Positions 1-10,260 of a DNA stretch of 64,000 nucleotides are shown here, in pieces. Position 1 is the first letter of the stretch. Each line of letters starts with the position of its first letter. Both the position numbers and the translations under genes were made by a program. The notes below the pieces were generated by a model that saw nothing but the letters and a program-made list of their open reading frames with translations, ran no database searches and was not told the origin of the DNA. Source of the DNA: Thermoplasmata archaeon (lineage in GTDB: Archaea > Thermoplasmatota > Thermoplasmata > Thermoplasmatales > ARK-15); the NCBI GenBank assembly GCA_039794005.1, contig JBAMMA010000006.1, positions 1 through 64,000 of the forward strand, given 5' to 3'.

Positions 1-805
1 TCGTTGGGCTTCGACCTGCCCAGGTCTAGATCGACCGGCTTCGGGTCTCTCGCCGCCAACTCCAGGCGATCGCACCTGGCCCCTTGTCCTTGCGGACTGC
101 GGGCATCTTGCTTTCGCTACGGCTCCTCCCTTTCGGGATTAACCTCGCTGGCAGCTCGAACTCCCTGGCCCGTTCTTCAACACGGACAATAGGACGCTGA
201 TCTGAATCCTATTAGGGATTCTTCACTTCTTTTGCGCCCTATAAGGTTGTCACCGACTGGTTTCAGGCTCTTTTCACCCCCCTTTCGGGGTACTTTTCAG
301 CTTTCCCTCACGGTACTGGTCCGCTATCGGACTCGAGGAGTATTTAGGATTGGATCTTGATGGGACCCATCTTCCCGCGCAATATCCAATGCACGGTACT
401 CAGGAACTACATCCTCGTAACTCGCAGGGTTACGTGTACAGGGCTTTCACCTTCTATGGCGGGCCGTTCCAGGCCACTTCCACTTCCCCTGCAGGGTATT
501 GGGATGTGTCCATACTCCACATCCACCCTCCCTTTCGGAAAGGTGTTCGGTTTGTCCTCTTCCCTTTTCACTCGCCGTTACTCAGGGAATCCCTATTGGT
601 TTCTTTTCCTCGGGGTACTAGGATGTTTCGATTCCCCCGGTTCCCCTTCCCAATGGGAATGCCACCCGAAGGCGGCAGGAAGTCCCATTCGGACATCTCC
701 GGTTCAAAGGCTCCATGCGCCTACCCGGAGCGTTTCGCCGCTTGGCGCGTCCTTCATCGGCTCTCGAGCCAAGCCATCCACCAGCCGGTTTGGGGACATG
801 GTAAT
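1..805 (-). rRNA. rrl: 23S rRNA, 5' portion (continues off the left edge of the window; mature 5' end approximate)
   Basis: GC-rich island. The reverse complement reads ...CTGGTGGATGGCTTGGCTCGAGAGCCGATGAAGGACGCGCCAAGC... and ...CCGATAGCGGACCAGTACCGTGAGGGAAAGCTGAAAAGTACCCC..., which are conserved archaeal LSU rRNA domain I segments. Confidence 0.97.
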
Positions 806-937
806 GTCTACCCATCCAACCGGAAAACCTATACTGGCGTCAATGATCCTGAAGAGGATCTCCACCCTTCCCCAGAAACTTTATTCAAATCCCTGGGTGC
901 ATCATTCAAAGGTAAGATATCATAATGATTGACTATG

Positions 938-945
938 ATATAAAG
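938..945 (-). promoter_or_regulatory. Putative TATA box (CTTTATAT) of the stand-alone 23S rRNA transcription unit
   Basis: TTTATAT on the minus strand, about 25 nt before the structured leader begins and at the edge of the AT-rich spacer. Confidence 0.55.
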
Positions 946-1102
946 ATTACGATTATTTTTATTTCAATCGTTTTTATTTTACATTAATTTTCAAATAATT
1001 TATTATATTAGGACATTTAATATTTTTATTAAATTTATGTTTTTATATTTTAATCAATATATTAACAAATAAGTTTTTATTTTATCATTTTTTTCCAATA
1101 TC

Positions 1103-2383
1103 ATGGATAATGAATTAACAAAATTAAGGGGTTTTAGAGAATTTTATCCCGATGAAATGGAGGCCAGAAAAATAGTATTTGATAAAATGAGGGAAATATC
1201 AACAAAATTTAATTTCAGGGAAATAGATGCTCCAAGTCTAGAGAATTTCGAAATATTTAGGAGAAAGAGCGGTGATGAGATAATAAATCAAACATTTTCG
1301 TTCTATGATAAAGGAGGTAGGCATATAACGCTTATTCCTGAAATTACACCAATAGTTGCGAGGATGGTTTCACAGGTAAAAAATATGCCAATGCCGCAGA
1401 AATGGTTCTCGATTCCAAAATTATGGAGATATGAAGAACCACAGAGCGGTAGGTTGAGGGAATTTTATCAATATAATGCTGACATATTTGGTTCTAAATC
1501 TGTATATGCGGATGCTGAAATTATTCTCCTTTCCAAATCAATATTAAACAATTTGGGATTAAAGGACAAATATATTATAAAAATTAGCGATAGATATTTA
1601 GCGGAAAATATTCTGAAGAAGGAGGGATTTGAAAATATAGAGGAAATATTCAAAATTATAGATAAAATGGAAAAGATTGGAAAAGAAAAGACAAAGGAAA
1701 TTCTTTTAAACGTTGTAGGGGAAGATAAGGCTAATAGAATAATAGAAATATTTTCATTAAGTGGAGAATTTGATCATATAGTTAATAAGATTGAATATAA
1801 TGAAAGGCTTGATTATCTTGGTACATTGAACGATATTTTAAAGGATATTGATTATGGAAAATTTATTTTTGATCTTTCTATCGTGAGAGGTTTGGCATAC
1901 TATACAGGCCTTGTGTTTGAGGGCCACGATTATAAAAATGAGTTTCGTGCAATTTTAGGTGGAGGAAGATATGATAGGCTAACAGAGATGTTTAATGCGA
2001 ATATACCTGCCGTGGGGTTTGGGATGGGTGATGCCGTATTGGAACTGTTGATGAAAAGAGAAAAAGTCTGGCCGGAATATAAAAGGTATTTGGACTTTTT
2101 TGTGGTCATAGTTGGAGATTTTCAAAAATATGGTATGAAAATAATAAAAGAATTGAGGGAAATGGGGTATTCGGTGGATTATGATCCAGACTTTAGGAGC
2201 ATTCAAAAACAGATGAGGATGGCTCAAAGGGAAAATGCGAGATATGCAATAATATTAGGAGAAGAGGAATATAAAAATAATAATATAAAAATAAAGGATA
2301 TGGAAACCGGGAACCAGGAAACGGTTCCTTTTGAAAATTTGACTTTAATACTACGAAAATATAATTTACCCAAAAGACATTGA
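1103..2383 (+). CDS. hisS: Histidine--tRNA ligase
   Basis: Motifs LRGFREFYP, WRYEEPQSGRLREFYQ, RGLAYYTG and GGGRYD, plus a C-terminal anticodon-binding domain. Confidence 0.97.
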   Translation: MDNELTKLRGFREFYPDEMEARKIVFDKMREISTKFNFREIDAPSLENFEIFRRKSGDEIINQTFSFYDKGGRHITLIPEITPIVARMVSQVKNMPMPQKWFSIPKLWRYEEPQSGRLREFYQYNADIFGSKSVYADAEIILLSKSILNNLGLKDKYIIKISDRYLAENILKKEGFENIEEIFKIIDKMEKIGKEKTKEILLNVVGEDKANRIIEIFSLSGEFDHIVNKIEYNERLDYLGTLNDILKDIDYGKFIFDLSIVRGLAYYTGLVFEGHDYKNEFRAILGGGRYDRLTEMFNANIPAVGFGMGDAVLELLMKREKVWPEYKRYLDFFVVIVGDFQKYGMKIIKELREMGYSVDYDPDFRSIQKQMRMAQRENARYAIILGEEEYKNNNIKIKDMETGNQETVPFENLTLILRKYNLPKRH

Positions 2384-2391
2384 ACATTTTG

Positions 2392-4500
2392 ATGGTTATG
2401 GGAAAGACTCTAGATTCAATGTTTAAACCTCAATCTATTGCAATAGTTGGAGCTTCTAGAGATCCACATTCAATTGGTTATTCAATAGTTAAAAATTTGA
2501 TAGATTCAAAATATCAGGGTAAAATATTTCCCGTAAATCCAAAGGCCGATGAAATTTTGGGATTAAAATGTTATCATAGTGTGACTGAGATAGAGGAAGA
2601 TGTCGATTTAGCTGTGATTACGGTGCCTGCTGCAATAACTCCACAGGTAGCGGAGGAATGCGGGAAAAAGGGTGTTAAATCCCTGGCTGTTATTGCCTCT
2701 GGATTTAGCGAAGTCGGTAGAATAGATCTGGAAAAACAATTAATTGAGGTAGCCAAAAAATATGGAATGAGGGTTCTGGGGCCAAACATAGTCGGAATAA
2801 TGAACAATCCATTAAAAATGAATGCATCATTCGCACCATATCTACCTTATCCTGGAAAGATAAATCTGATTTCACAGAGTGGCGCTTTATTGGTTGCGCT
2901 TGACAGCAGGACATGGGTAGACAGGGTAGGTATGTCATATTTAATAAGCATAGGAAACATGAGCGATTTGGATTTTGCGGATCTCATAGATTACTTTAAG
3001 GATGATCCGGATACTTCCTGTATTTCACTTTATGTTGAAGGAATTAAAAATGGAAGGAAATTTATAGATATTACAAAAAGGGTCCTGGAAAAACCGATAA
3101 TCGCTTTAAAATCCGGGGTATCGGAAAGGGGTTCCATAGCGGCTGCTTCACACACCGGATCTCTGGCTGGTTCCGGGAAAATTTATGCGGCCGCGTTTAA
3201 ACAGGCGGGTGTTGTACAGGCTGAAAACCTGGAGGATTTATTTGATAAATCATTGGCCCTATCAATGCAGCCACCCATGAGGGGGGATAATCTGCTTATA
3301 ATAACGAATGGAGGCGGTGTTGGTGTTTTGGCAACGGATGCGGCAGAAAAGTTTGGTATTCCTTTAAAGGAACCTCCGGATGATCTTAAAAATGAATTAA
3401 AGAAGATAATGCCTGATTTTGGAAGCGCAAAGAATCCGGTTGATCTGACAGGAATGGCAGATGCGGAATGGTATGGAAAGGCTTTAAAGATTGCCCTGAA
3501 ACATCCCTGGGTGGATGGTGTTACCGTTTTATACTGCGAAACGTCCGTGAGCGACCCGAGGGATTTGGCAATAGAAATATATGAGGCAAATCTTGAGGCA
3601 TCGGAATGCAATAAGATAAAGAAACCTATTACAGTATCATTCATTGGAGGAGAAGTAACGGAAAGGGCCATAGAATGGTTGCAAAAGAAGGGGATACCCG
3701 TATTCAGGTCACCCGATAGGGCCGTTAGTGCGATTTCAGCGCTCAGGGAATATGGTAGATTTATAGACAAAGGATTTGATGAATTCCAGAAATTCTGGGA
3801 TGTCGATTACGAGGGAGTAAGGGAAATTTTAAAGGATATTCAGTTAAATAAGAATAATTACGTTTCGGAGATAGATGCCAAGATAATATTGGATAAATAT
3901 GGTATACCTGTTGCAAAAACCGTTTTAATAAAATCAAAGGATGAAATTGATAATTTGGATATAAACTATCCAGTGGTTGCAAAAATCGTTTCCAGGGATG
4001 TAATTCACAAAAGCGATGTCGGAGGGGTTATACTGAATCTAAAAAATAAAGATGAATTAAAAGAAGCATACGATAAAATAATTGATAATGTCAGGAAGAA
4101 ATTGCCAAATGCAAATATTGAAGGTATAGCTGTCCAGGAAATGGCACCCCAGGGAATTGAAATTATCGTTGGTTCTACAAAGGATCCACAGTTTGGGCCA
4201 ACCATAATGTTTGGCCTTGGAGGAATATTCGTCGAAGTCATGAAGGACGTTAGTTTTAGGATAGCACCATTCTCAAAGTCTGTTGCAATAGAGATGATCA
4301 ATGAAATTAAGGGAAAGTCGATATTATACGGTGCCAGAGGATCCAGGGGAGGAGACATAGATAAACTTGCTGAGGCGATAAGCAGGATTTCACAGCTGGT
4401 AACAGATTTCCCTGAAATTAAGGAGTTTGATGCAAATCCAATCATGGTATATGAAAATGGTATCAAGGTAGTTGATGCAAGGATAATTTTGGAAAAATAA
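2392..4500 (+). CDS. acdAB: ADP-forming acetate/acyl-CoA ligase, fused alpha+beta subunits
   Basis: CoA-binding IAIVGAS, RVLGPN, phospho-His motif ASHTGSLAG, NPVDLTG and an ATP-grasp C-terminus (HKSDVGGV, DPQFGP). Start could be 2392 or 2398. Confidence 0.93.
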   Translation: MVMGKTLDSMFKPQSIAIVGASRDPHSIGYSIVKNLIDSKYQGKIFPVNPKADEILGLKCYHSVTEIEEDVDLAVITVPAAITPQVAEECGKKGVKSLAVIASGFSEVGRIDLEKQLIEVAKKYGMRVLGPNIVGIMNNPLKMNASFAPYLPYPGKINLISQSGALLVALDSRTWVDRVGMSYLISIGNMSDLDFADLIDYFKDDPDTSCISLYVEGIKNGRKFIDITKRVLEKPIIALKSGVSERGSIAAASHTGSLAGSGKIYAAAFKQAGVVQAENLEDLFDKSLALSMQPPMRGDNLLIITNGGGVGVLATDAAEKFGIPLKEPPDDLKNELKKIMPDFGSAKNPVDLTGMADAEWYGKALKIALKHPWVDGVTVLYCETSVSDPRDLAIEIYEANLEASECNKIKKPITVSFIGGEVTERAIEWLQKKGIPVFRSPDRAVSAISALREYGRFIDKGFDEFQKFWDVDYEGVREILKDIQLNKNNYVSEIDAKIILDKYGIPVAKTVLIKSKDEIDNLDINYPVVAKIVSRDVIHKSDVGGVILNLKNKDELKEAYDKIIDNVRKKLPNANIEGIAVQEMAPQGIEIIVGSTKDPQFGPTIMFGLGGIFVEVMKDVSFRIAPFSKSVAIEMINEIKGKSILYGARGSRGGDIDKLAEAISRISQLVTDFPEIKEFDANPIMVYENGIKVVDARIILEK

Positions 4501-4501
4501 C

Positions 4502-4945
4502 ATGAATGACGGAATAGTAGACATATCGGATAAAAAAATATCAAGGAGGGAATCGATAGCAGAAGGTAAAATCGTTTTGAAGAAAAATACAATAGAAGAA
4601 ATAAAAAACAAAAGAATAAAGAAAGGTGATGTTTTTGAGGCTGCAAAAATAGCTGGAATTTTGGCCATCAAAAATACACCTTACACGATACCTGAAACGC
4701 ACAACATTCCAATAGAATCCATCGAATTTTCATTTTTTATTGAGGAGGATGGCATAAAGGTGAGATGTAAAGTTAAAACAACATACAAAACAGGTGTTGA
4801 AATTGAATCATTAAACGGCGTTATGGTTGCATTGTTGACAATCTGGGACATGGTTAAATATCTGGAAAAGGATGAGGATGGACAATATAAAACAACATTA
4901 ATAAAAGAAATAAGGGTGATAGAAAAGAAAAAGGATTTTATTTAA
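4502..4945 (+). CDS. moaC: Cyclic pyranopterin monophosphate synthase MoaC
   Basis: Motifs VDISDK, KKGDV, KTGVEIE and TIWDMVK. Confidence 0.93.
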   Translation: MNDGIVDISDKKISRRESIAEGKIVLKKNTIEEIKNKRIKKGDVFEAAKIAGILAIKNTPYTIPETHNIPIESIEFSFFIEEDGIKVRCKVKTTYKTGVEIESLNGVMVALLTIWDMVKYLEKDEDGQYKTTLIKEIRVIEKKKDFI

Positions 4946-5207
4946 ACTTAACTTTGCTCGACGCCCTGAAAACGAGCTTGGATTTTTCAGGGATATTTAT
5001 AATCTCCTTCGTTTTTGGATTCCTTGCCTTCCTCGCCTTCTGCTTTCTCCTCTCGAAGATTCCAAAGCCAACCAGGTTGACTTTCTTTCCATTGTCCACA
5101 TTCTTTAAAACTTCATCAATGAAATACTTTATTACGAGAAATGCCTCCTTTTGTGTTACTCCAGCCTTCTTTGAGACAACCTTGCTAATCTGGGTTATTC
5201 CCACCAT
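4938..5207 (-). CDS. HU-family DNA-binding protein (Thermoplasma HTa-like)
   Basis: 89 aa and basic, with GFGIF and ARNPKT HU signatures. The N-terminus (MVGI...) and C-terminus (FRASSKVK) resemble T. acidophilum HTa. Confidence 0.95.
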   Translation of the reverse strand: MVGITQISKVVSKKAGVTQKEAFLVIKYFIDEVLKNVDNGKKVNLVGFGIFERRKQKARKARNPKTKEIINIPEKSKLVFRASSKVKFK

Positions 5208-5349
5208 AATTGATCACATGATTTTAATCTTAACATAACTATTTAAATTTTACTTAAAAATGTCATTCAAAGGTTTATAAAAATTTATTATTTTTAATGG
5301 AAAATCATATTAATGTATTTGCATTATAATAATTTAAAAGGTGAATATT

Positions 5350-6498
5350 ATGACAGAGGAAAATATAAGCAGAGGATTGGAGGACGTTAATATAAAATGG
5401 ACAAGGTTGACAACAATAGATGGTGAAAAGGGTATTTTGATGTACGCCGGATATTCCATTGAGGATATAATAAATGGTAATGCCCTGGCAGAGGAAATAC
5501 AGTATTTATTCCTTTACGGTAAACTTCCAAATAAAAAGGAATTGGAAGAATATAGGATGAAGGTAGAAGAGGGATATAACGTTCCCGATTTCATTTTGGA
5601 CTTAATCATGAAATTGCCACCGGAATCTGATGCCGTTGCAATGCAGATGGTCGCATATGCTGCACTGGCAGCAAAGGAGAGAAACTTTAAATGGGATAAA
5701 AGTACAAACAGGGATGTTGCCGCCAGGAGCATTGGAATGATGAGCACAATTACGGCAAATGTATTCAGACACATTATGGGCAAGGGGCCTAAAAAGGTTG
5801 AAAAATCTGAATCCTACGCAAAAAGCTTTCTGAGGGCTGTTTTTGATAAGGAACCAACAAGGGATGAAATAGATGCAATGAATGCCGCTTTAATACTTTA
5901 TACAGACCATGAGGTCCCGGCATCCACAACTGCGGGCCTTGTTGCGGTATCAACACTCTCGGACATATATTCTGGTGTTACTGCCGCACTGGCCGCATTG
6001 AAGGGTCCACTGCACGGAGGTGCCGCTGAAGCTGCAATCATGCAGTTTGAGGAAATAGGGGATGAAAATAAGGTGGATGAATGGTTTAACAATCTTTTAA
6101 AGCAAAACAAGAGGCTGATGGGTTTTGGACACAGGGTTTACAAGACCTATGATCCAAGAGCCAAGATATTCAAGAGATATGCTGAGAAATTGATAAAAAA
6201 TAATAAGGAAGCAGAGAAAATGTACAGGATAGCCACAAGGCTCGAGGAATTGGGAATAAAACAATATGCAAGCAAGGGCATATACCCAAATACGGATTAT
6301 TATTCGGGAATTGTTTACATGTCCCTGGGATTTCCTTTAAAGAATAACATGTATACTGGATTATTCGCACTATCAAGGATTACAGGCTGGGAGGCACATT
6401 TCATTGAATATGTAGAGGAACAGCACAGGTTGATAAGGCCAAGGGCAGTATACAAAGGACCTGAAAAGAGGGAATTTATACCTTTAGGTAAAAGATAA
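5350..6498 (+). CDS. gltA: Citrate synthase (Thermoplasma/Sulfolobus type)
   Basis: Motifs GLEDV, DHEVPAST, GPLHGGA, MGFGHRVYK, YPNTD and LIRPR. Confidence 0.96.
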   Translation: MTEENISRGLEDVNIKWTRLTTIDGEKGILMYAGYSIEDIINGNALAEEIQYLFLYGKLPNKKELEEYRMKVEEGYNVPDFILDLIMKLPPESDAVAMQMVAYAALAAKERNFKWDKSTNRDVAARSIGMMSTITANVFRHIMGKGPKKVEKSESYAKSFLRAVFDKEPTRDEIDAMNAALILYTDHEVPASTTAGLVAVSTLSDIYSGVTAALAALKGPLHGGAAEAAIMQFEEIGDENKVDEWFNNLLKQNKRLMGFGHRVYKTYDPRAKIFKRYAEKLIKNNKEAEKMYRIATRLEELGIKQYASKGIYPNTDYYSGIVYMSLGFPLKNNMYTGLFALSRITGWEAHFIEYVEEQHRLIRPRAVYKGPEKREFIPLGKR

Positions 6499-6555
6499 TT
6501 CCTTTAAAAATTTTATTTAATAATTTTTAAATATTGAATTACTATCCAACTCTTC

Positions 6556-7485
6556 ATGGAAGTGGAAAAGAATTACTGGTGGTATACCGTTGTAATATAT
6601 CTTATCATTTCAGGAATTGTCCTATTGCTGATATTACCGTTTATATATATAACTCCACAAAATATCCTTTATGTTTATTTAATGATATTATTGACAGGAT
6701 TCTTGGTTGCTCTTTTCTCCGCATATATCTTAACTCCAATGGCATTCTGGAGAAAATATAAGCCATTGCCAATTCTTCCATTGGAATTGGAAAATAGAGT
6801 AAATGAAATGATTAAAAAATCCGGTATTAAGAAACCGAAATTCTTCGAATACAATTCGCCAGAGTTAAATGCATTCACATATTCCAGCATATTCGGTCCC
6901 AGAATAATTTTGACGACGGGACTGATTGATTCATACAACACCGGAAAAATTTCCCTCGATGAACTATCGGCCATAATCGGCCATGAGATGGGGCACATCA
7001 GGCATAAAGATTCTTTGAGGGGAGCTATTGCCCTGTCCTGGGTATCCATAATAAACGGTTTCGGTACATATTTTATCTTCATTGGATTCATGTTTCTTGG
7101 CATCGGCACGCTTGAAACATTCTTTTCAAGGGATGAAGAAAATGCATTTTTAACAATAGTTATTGGAATTGTATCAATAGTTGTTGGATTCATAATGAAG
7201 ATTATTGCAAAGTTGATTTCACTGATTTCCCTGCACCATTCGAGAATTATGGAATACCAGGCGGATGCGTATGGAGCTTACCTAACATCCAATGTATACA
7301 TGGCCGATGCTTTGAAGAAAATTGAAAATTACAACAACTCTCTGATCGCAAAAAATCTCGGGTATGCACCGTATCCTGAAGGATGGCAGGTTCCTCCGGT
7401 AAAACAGACATGGATTGATAAATTATTTAGCACACATCCTCCTACGGAAAAAAGGATAGAAAGATTGATTGGAAAAAATCAATAA
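6556..7485 (+). CDS. htpX: M48 family membrane zinc metalloprotease (HtpX-like)
   Basis: Motifs NAF, HEMGH, EYQAD and FSTHPP, with transmembrane segments. Confidence 0.9.
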   Translation: MEVEKNYWWYTVVIYLIISGIVLLLILPFIYITPQNILYVYLMILLTGFLVALFSAYILTPMAFWRKYKPLPILPLELENRVNEMIKKSGIKKPKFFEYNSPELNAFTYSSIFGPRIILTTGLIDSYNTGKISLDELSAIIGHEMGHIRHKDSLRGAIALSWVSIINGFGTYFIFIGFMFLGIGTLETFFSRDEENAFLTIVIGIVSIVVGFIMKIIAKLISLISLHHSRIMEYQADAYGAYLTSNVYMADALKKIENYNNSLIAKNLGYAPYPEGWQVPPVKQTWIDKLFSTHPPTEKRIERLIGKNQ

Positions 7486-7576
7486 AACTTATTTTATAAT
7501 TTATTTTTATGAAACATTGTAAGAAAAGCTTTAAATAAAACCATTTTGATAAATTTTGTGTTAAGGAGGTACAAGC

Positions 7577-8068
7577 ATGAAAGCAATATATGGAAAGGAA
7601 AAAGGTGTCTCGCCGGTCATAGCAACTATCCTGATGGTGGCTATTACGGTTGTACTGGCTTCTGCCGTCTATCTGATGGTCTCCGGATACATTGGAAGTA
7701 CACCCAGCAAACCGACATCAATGGCGTTTGTAGTATCCGATAATTCAACTTCTACACAATTCCTGGTAGCGGGAGGTAATATTTCAGTTACAGCTTCATC
7801 ACCATTGATAATAACAATACAGAATAATTCTGGTATTACTACTATAACACTTACAACATTGACATCAAGCTCAGCACAAGGATTAGGCAGTTATTATGTT
7901 AAAGTTAATGTGATAACAGTAACAGGAACTACATATCTTGCAGCTGGAGATATTTTAGCAATAACATCAGGAAAATCAAATTCATTAAAGTGGGGATCTC
8001 CACTATTTCCTGGAACAACCGTGACATTCACGTACGAGGGATCCGTCTTCTATAAATACACAGTATAA
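7577..8068 (+). CDS. Archaeal type IV pilin
   Basis: Class III signal peptide KG|VSPVIATILMVAITVVLA followed by a Ser/Thr-rich beta domain. GGAGG RBS upstream. Confidence 0.9.
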   Translation: MKAIYGKEKGVSPVIATILMVAITVVLASAVYLMVSGYIGSTPSKPTSMAFVVSDNSTSTQFLVAGGNISVTASSPLIITIQNNSGITTITLTTLTSSSAQGLGSYYVKVNVITVTGTTYLAAGDILAITSGKSNSLKWGSPLFPGTTVTFTYEGSVFYKYTV

Positions 8069-8605
8069 ATCTTAAAAATTTTTTAATTATTATTTTTTAT
8101 AAAATCTCTTTTTATTTGGAATTTTTTGATGTTGAGAAAAAATGTGAATTTTGATATTCTTTTTCCATAGTTTTAAAATGACCATTTCAATATGTCTTTT
8201 TCTAAAGAGTTGATAATATTTTGCATTATTTGAATGGATATTAATAATAAATAATTCCTAAGAATTATTGATGAAGATAAGAGGAAATAACAAAATTTGA
8301 AATTCTCAGATATTGATAAGATAATCTAATTTCTTAAAGGATTAAATGATATAGATAACTTTATAATTGATCTGTTACTGCTATTGAGAAAACTTAGAGG
8401 TATCATGAGAATTTTAATGTAAAAGTAAATATTTTAAAATGGCAATTATCAAGGGCGAGACCTGGGCATAAATAATTTTCCCTTCAGAGTCTTTCTTACT
8501 TCCCGGAAATTTTATTCACATTATCAATGTTATCCATAAATCACCGACAGCCACTAACACACGGATATACTTTAATTTTAAATTAAATTTATAGACAATA
8601 TCCAC

Positions 8606-8770
8606 TTTTTTGATGCCCACAAAAATTTTTTTATAATTTTTTAAAGTTTTTTTAATACCCTTGAAAAGTTTTTTTACAGTTTTTTATTAATTTCTTTATA
8701 AATTTTTGATACACTCGGAAATTTTTCTCATATTTTTCTTAAATTTTTATTAATTTTTTATAAAAATTTT
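8606..8770. repeat. Helically phased T-tract array containing three degenerate ~24-bp direct repeats
   Basis: T runs start at about 8606, 8626, 8637, 8647, 8669, 8680, 8691, 8703, 8722, 8733, 8744 and 8754. The repeats are TTTTTGATGCCCACAAAAATTTTT, TTTTTAATACCCTTGAAAAGTTTTT and TTTTTGATACACTCGGAAATTTTT. Confidence 0.6.
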
Positions 8771-9019
8771 ATAGCATATATAAGTGTGATATTATTCAGA
8801 ATTTTTTTACAATCGATTATAAAAAATCGGTTTGATTCGAATAAATCTTATTCGATAAAAATAATAATTTGGAAAATGGATGACATAAAATAATTTGAAA
8901 TTTTTATTTTTTAAATAATTATGTATGAAAACCTTAAAAATATCTCATATCAAATATTTTCATCATATCATCCTTACATATATTGAATCCAAGGACTGTC
9001 CTTATACAGTATTTATTAT

Positions 9020-9631
9020 TTTTCTCAATGATCTGTGTATCAATTTCGGATATTTATTGTTCCATTTTTATTTGTAATCGTTAAAATCTTCTCCTTGCAT
9101 CTTCATCTGATGATTAATGATCATTTTCATTCTCCCTGCCTATGATATCATTATATTCATCTCTTACCTTTGATTACAAATTCCTCTCAGCATGAACTAT
9201 GCAGGATTGAAATTCTCATGGAATAATATTTCCTGATTGTTTTCTGAATCCCTGATGGATTATCTGCCATGAATAATAAAACTCCCTTTACTTTTCTTTA
9301 TTAAATCATTTATTATTTTCAGATATTTGATGATTCTGTTGGATTAGTCCAGAATCTAAGAATCTCTTTTTTACCATCAAGATCTATGCCCAGTGCGATA
9401 TTCAGTAAATCATTTCCCAATATATCACTTCTCGGATTCAGAAATAGAGCATCTATGTATATGGCAAAATATTTTTCCTTCATAATTCAATATTGTTACT
9501 AATATTTCTTTCACGTTTTTCTCAATACTAAAAAAATTTTATCCGGATTTTCCATATTATTCATGCCTCCTCGCTTGTGATTTTGCCGAGGAGATATATT
9601 TTCCTTTTACACGAAATTTACTGACACTATC
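9020..9631 (-). mobile_element. Decayed IS256-family element: left end plus a frameshifted, internally deleted transposase
   Basis: The minus strand encodes KEKYFAIYIDALFL..NIALGIDLDGKKEILRFW..PTES, then LFMADNPSG, QSCIVHAERN and KYPKL in shifted frames (IS256 DDE core motifs). A terminal sequence GATAGTGTCAGTAAATTTCGTGTAAAA starts at 9631. GGAGG plus ATG at 9564. Confidence 0.85.
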
Positions 9632-9799
9632 GAATTTTTGGATCCAAATCTGAAATATTATCATTTTTTTAATGATTCCATCATTTTTTGAGTAATTCTA
9701 TATTTTTAGGCATTCATTTTTTTTAATTTTGAAATTGCTGTCAAGTTTTTTTACATTTTAATGAAGGATATTATGAAAAACTTTCTAGTCAAGGAAAAT

Positions 9800-10260
9800 A
9801 CAGATTATCTATCTCTTTAAGTGTCCTTTGTACCACCGAAACTAACTCTATCGATCATTCTTATGAAGAATATAGATCCCTCTTTATTCTTCTCAATATT
9901 TTATTCCTCTCTATCTGGATCTTGAATTTCTATACTGTAAATATCTTTGCTGAAATAGATGTGGTGAAAGTCGTTTACACTTCAATTTTTGCACAATAGG
10001 AGATATTGTGATCTATCTTTATAGTCTCCATATTTTTGCATCATACTGCATTTTAAAATATGCAATATCCTTTTTTATGTGAGACTATTTTATTGAACTT
10101 TAATGTGTGGTAATGATAACCCATATCCCTTATCTTATCCTTATTTTTCTTCGTGTTTCCGCAATTTTCGAAAATTAATATTAAATTTTTTGTTATCACT
10201 CTTATTGTTACGTTTAATATCTCCTTCATGTGTTTTTTATCGCTTAGATTTCCTTTCTAA
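9800..10260 (-). mobile_element. Decayed IS1634/IS4-like transposase fragment
   Basis: The minus strand encodes KGNLSDKKHMKEIL...LILIFENCGNTKKNKDKIRDMGYHY and later IYFSKD / VQRTLKEIDN, with stops. This resembles the GNxxD...LIFDxG..K.I...G.HY pattern of IS1634-family transposases. Confidence 0.55.

Noticed and set aside
190-245. Possible intron or insertion in the 23S rRNA
   Set aside because: Its length and position fit a normal variable helix of domain I, and it contains no ORF.
4-932. ORFs of 62-191 aa at the start of the window
   Set aside because: They are shadow ORFs on the GC-rich 23S rRNA gene.
8606-8770. Possible CRISPR mini-array or ORB-type replication origin
   Set aside because: The repeats are degenerate, the intervening DNA is low-complexity rather than unique spacers, there is no G-string ORB motif, and no cas or cdc6 gene is nearby. 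Kept only as a phased-tract finding.
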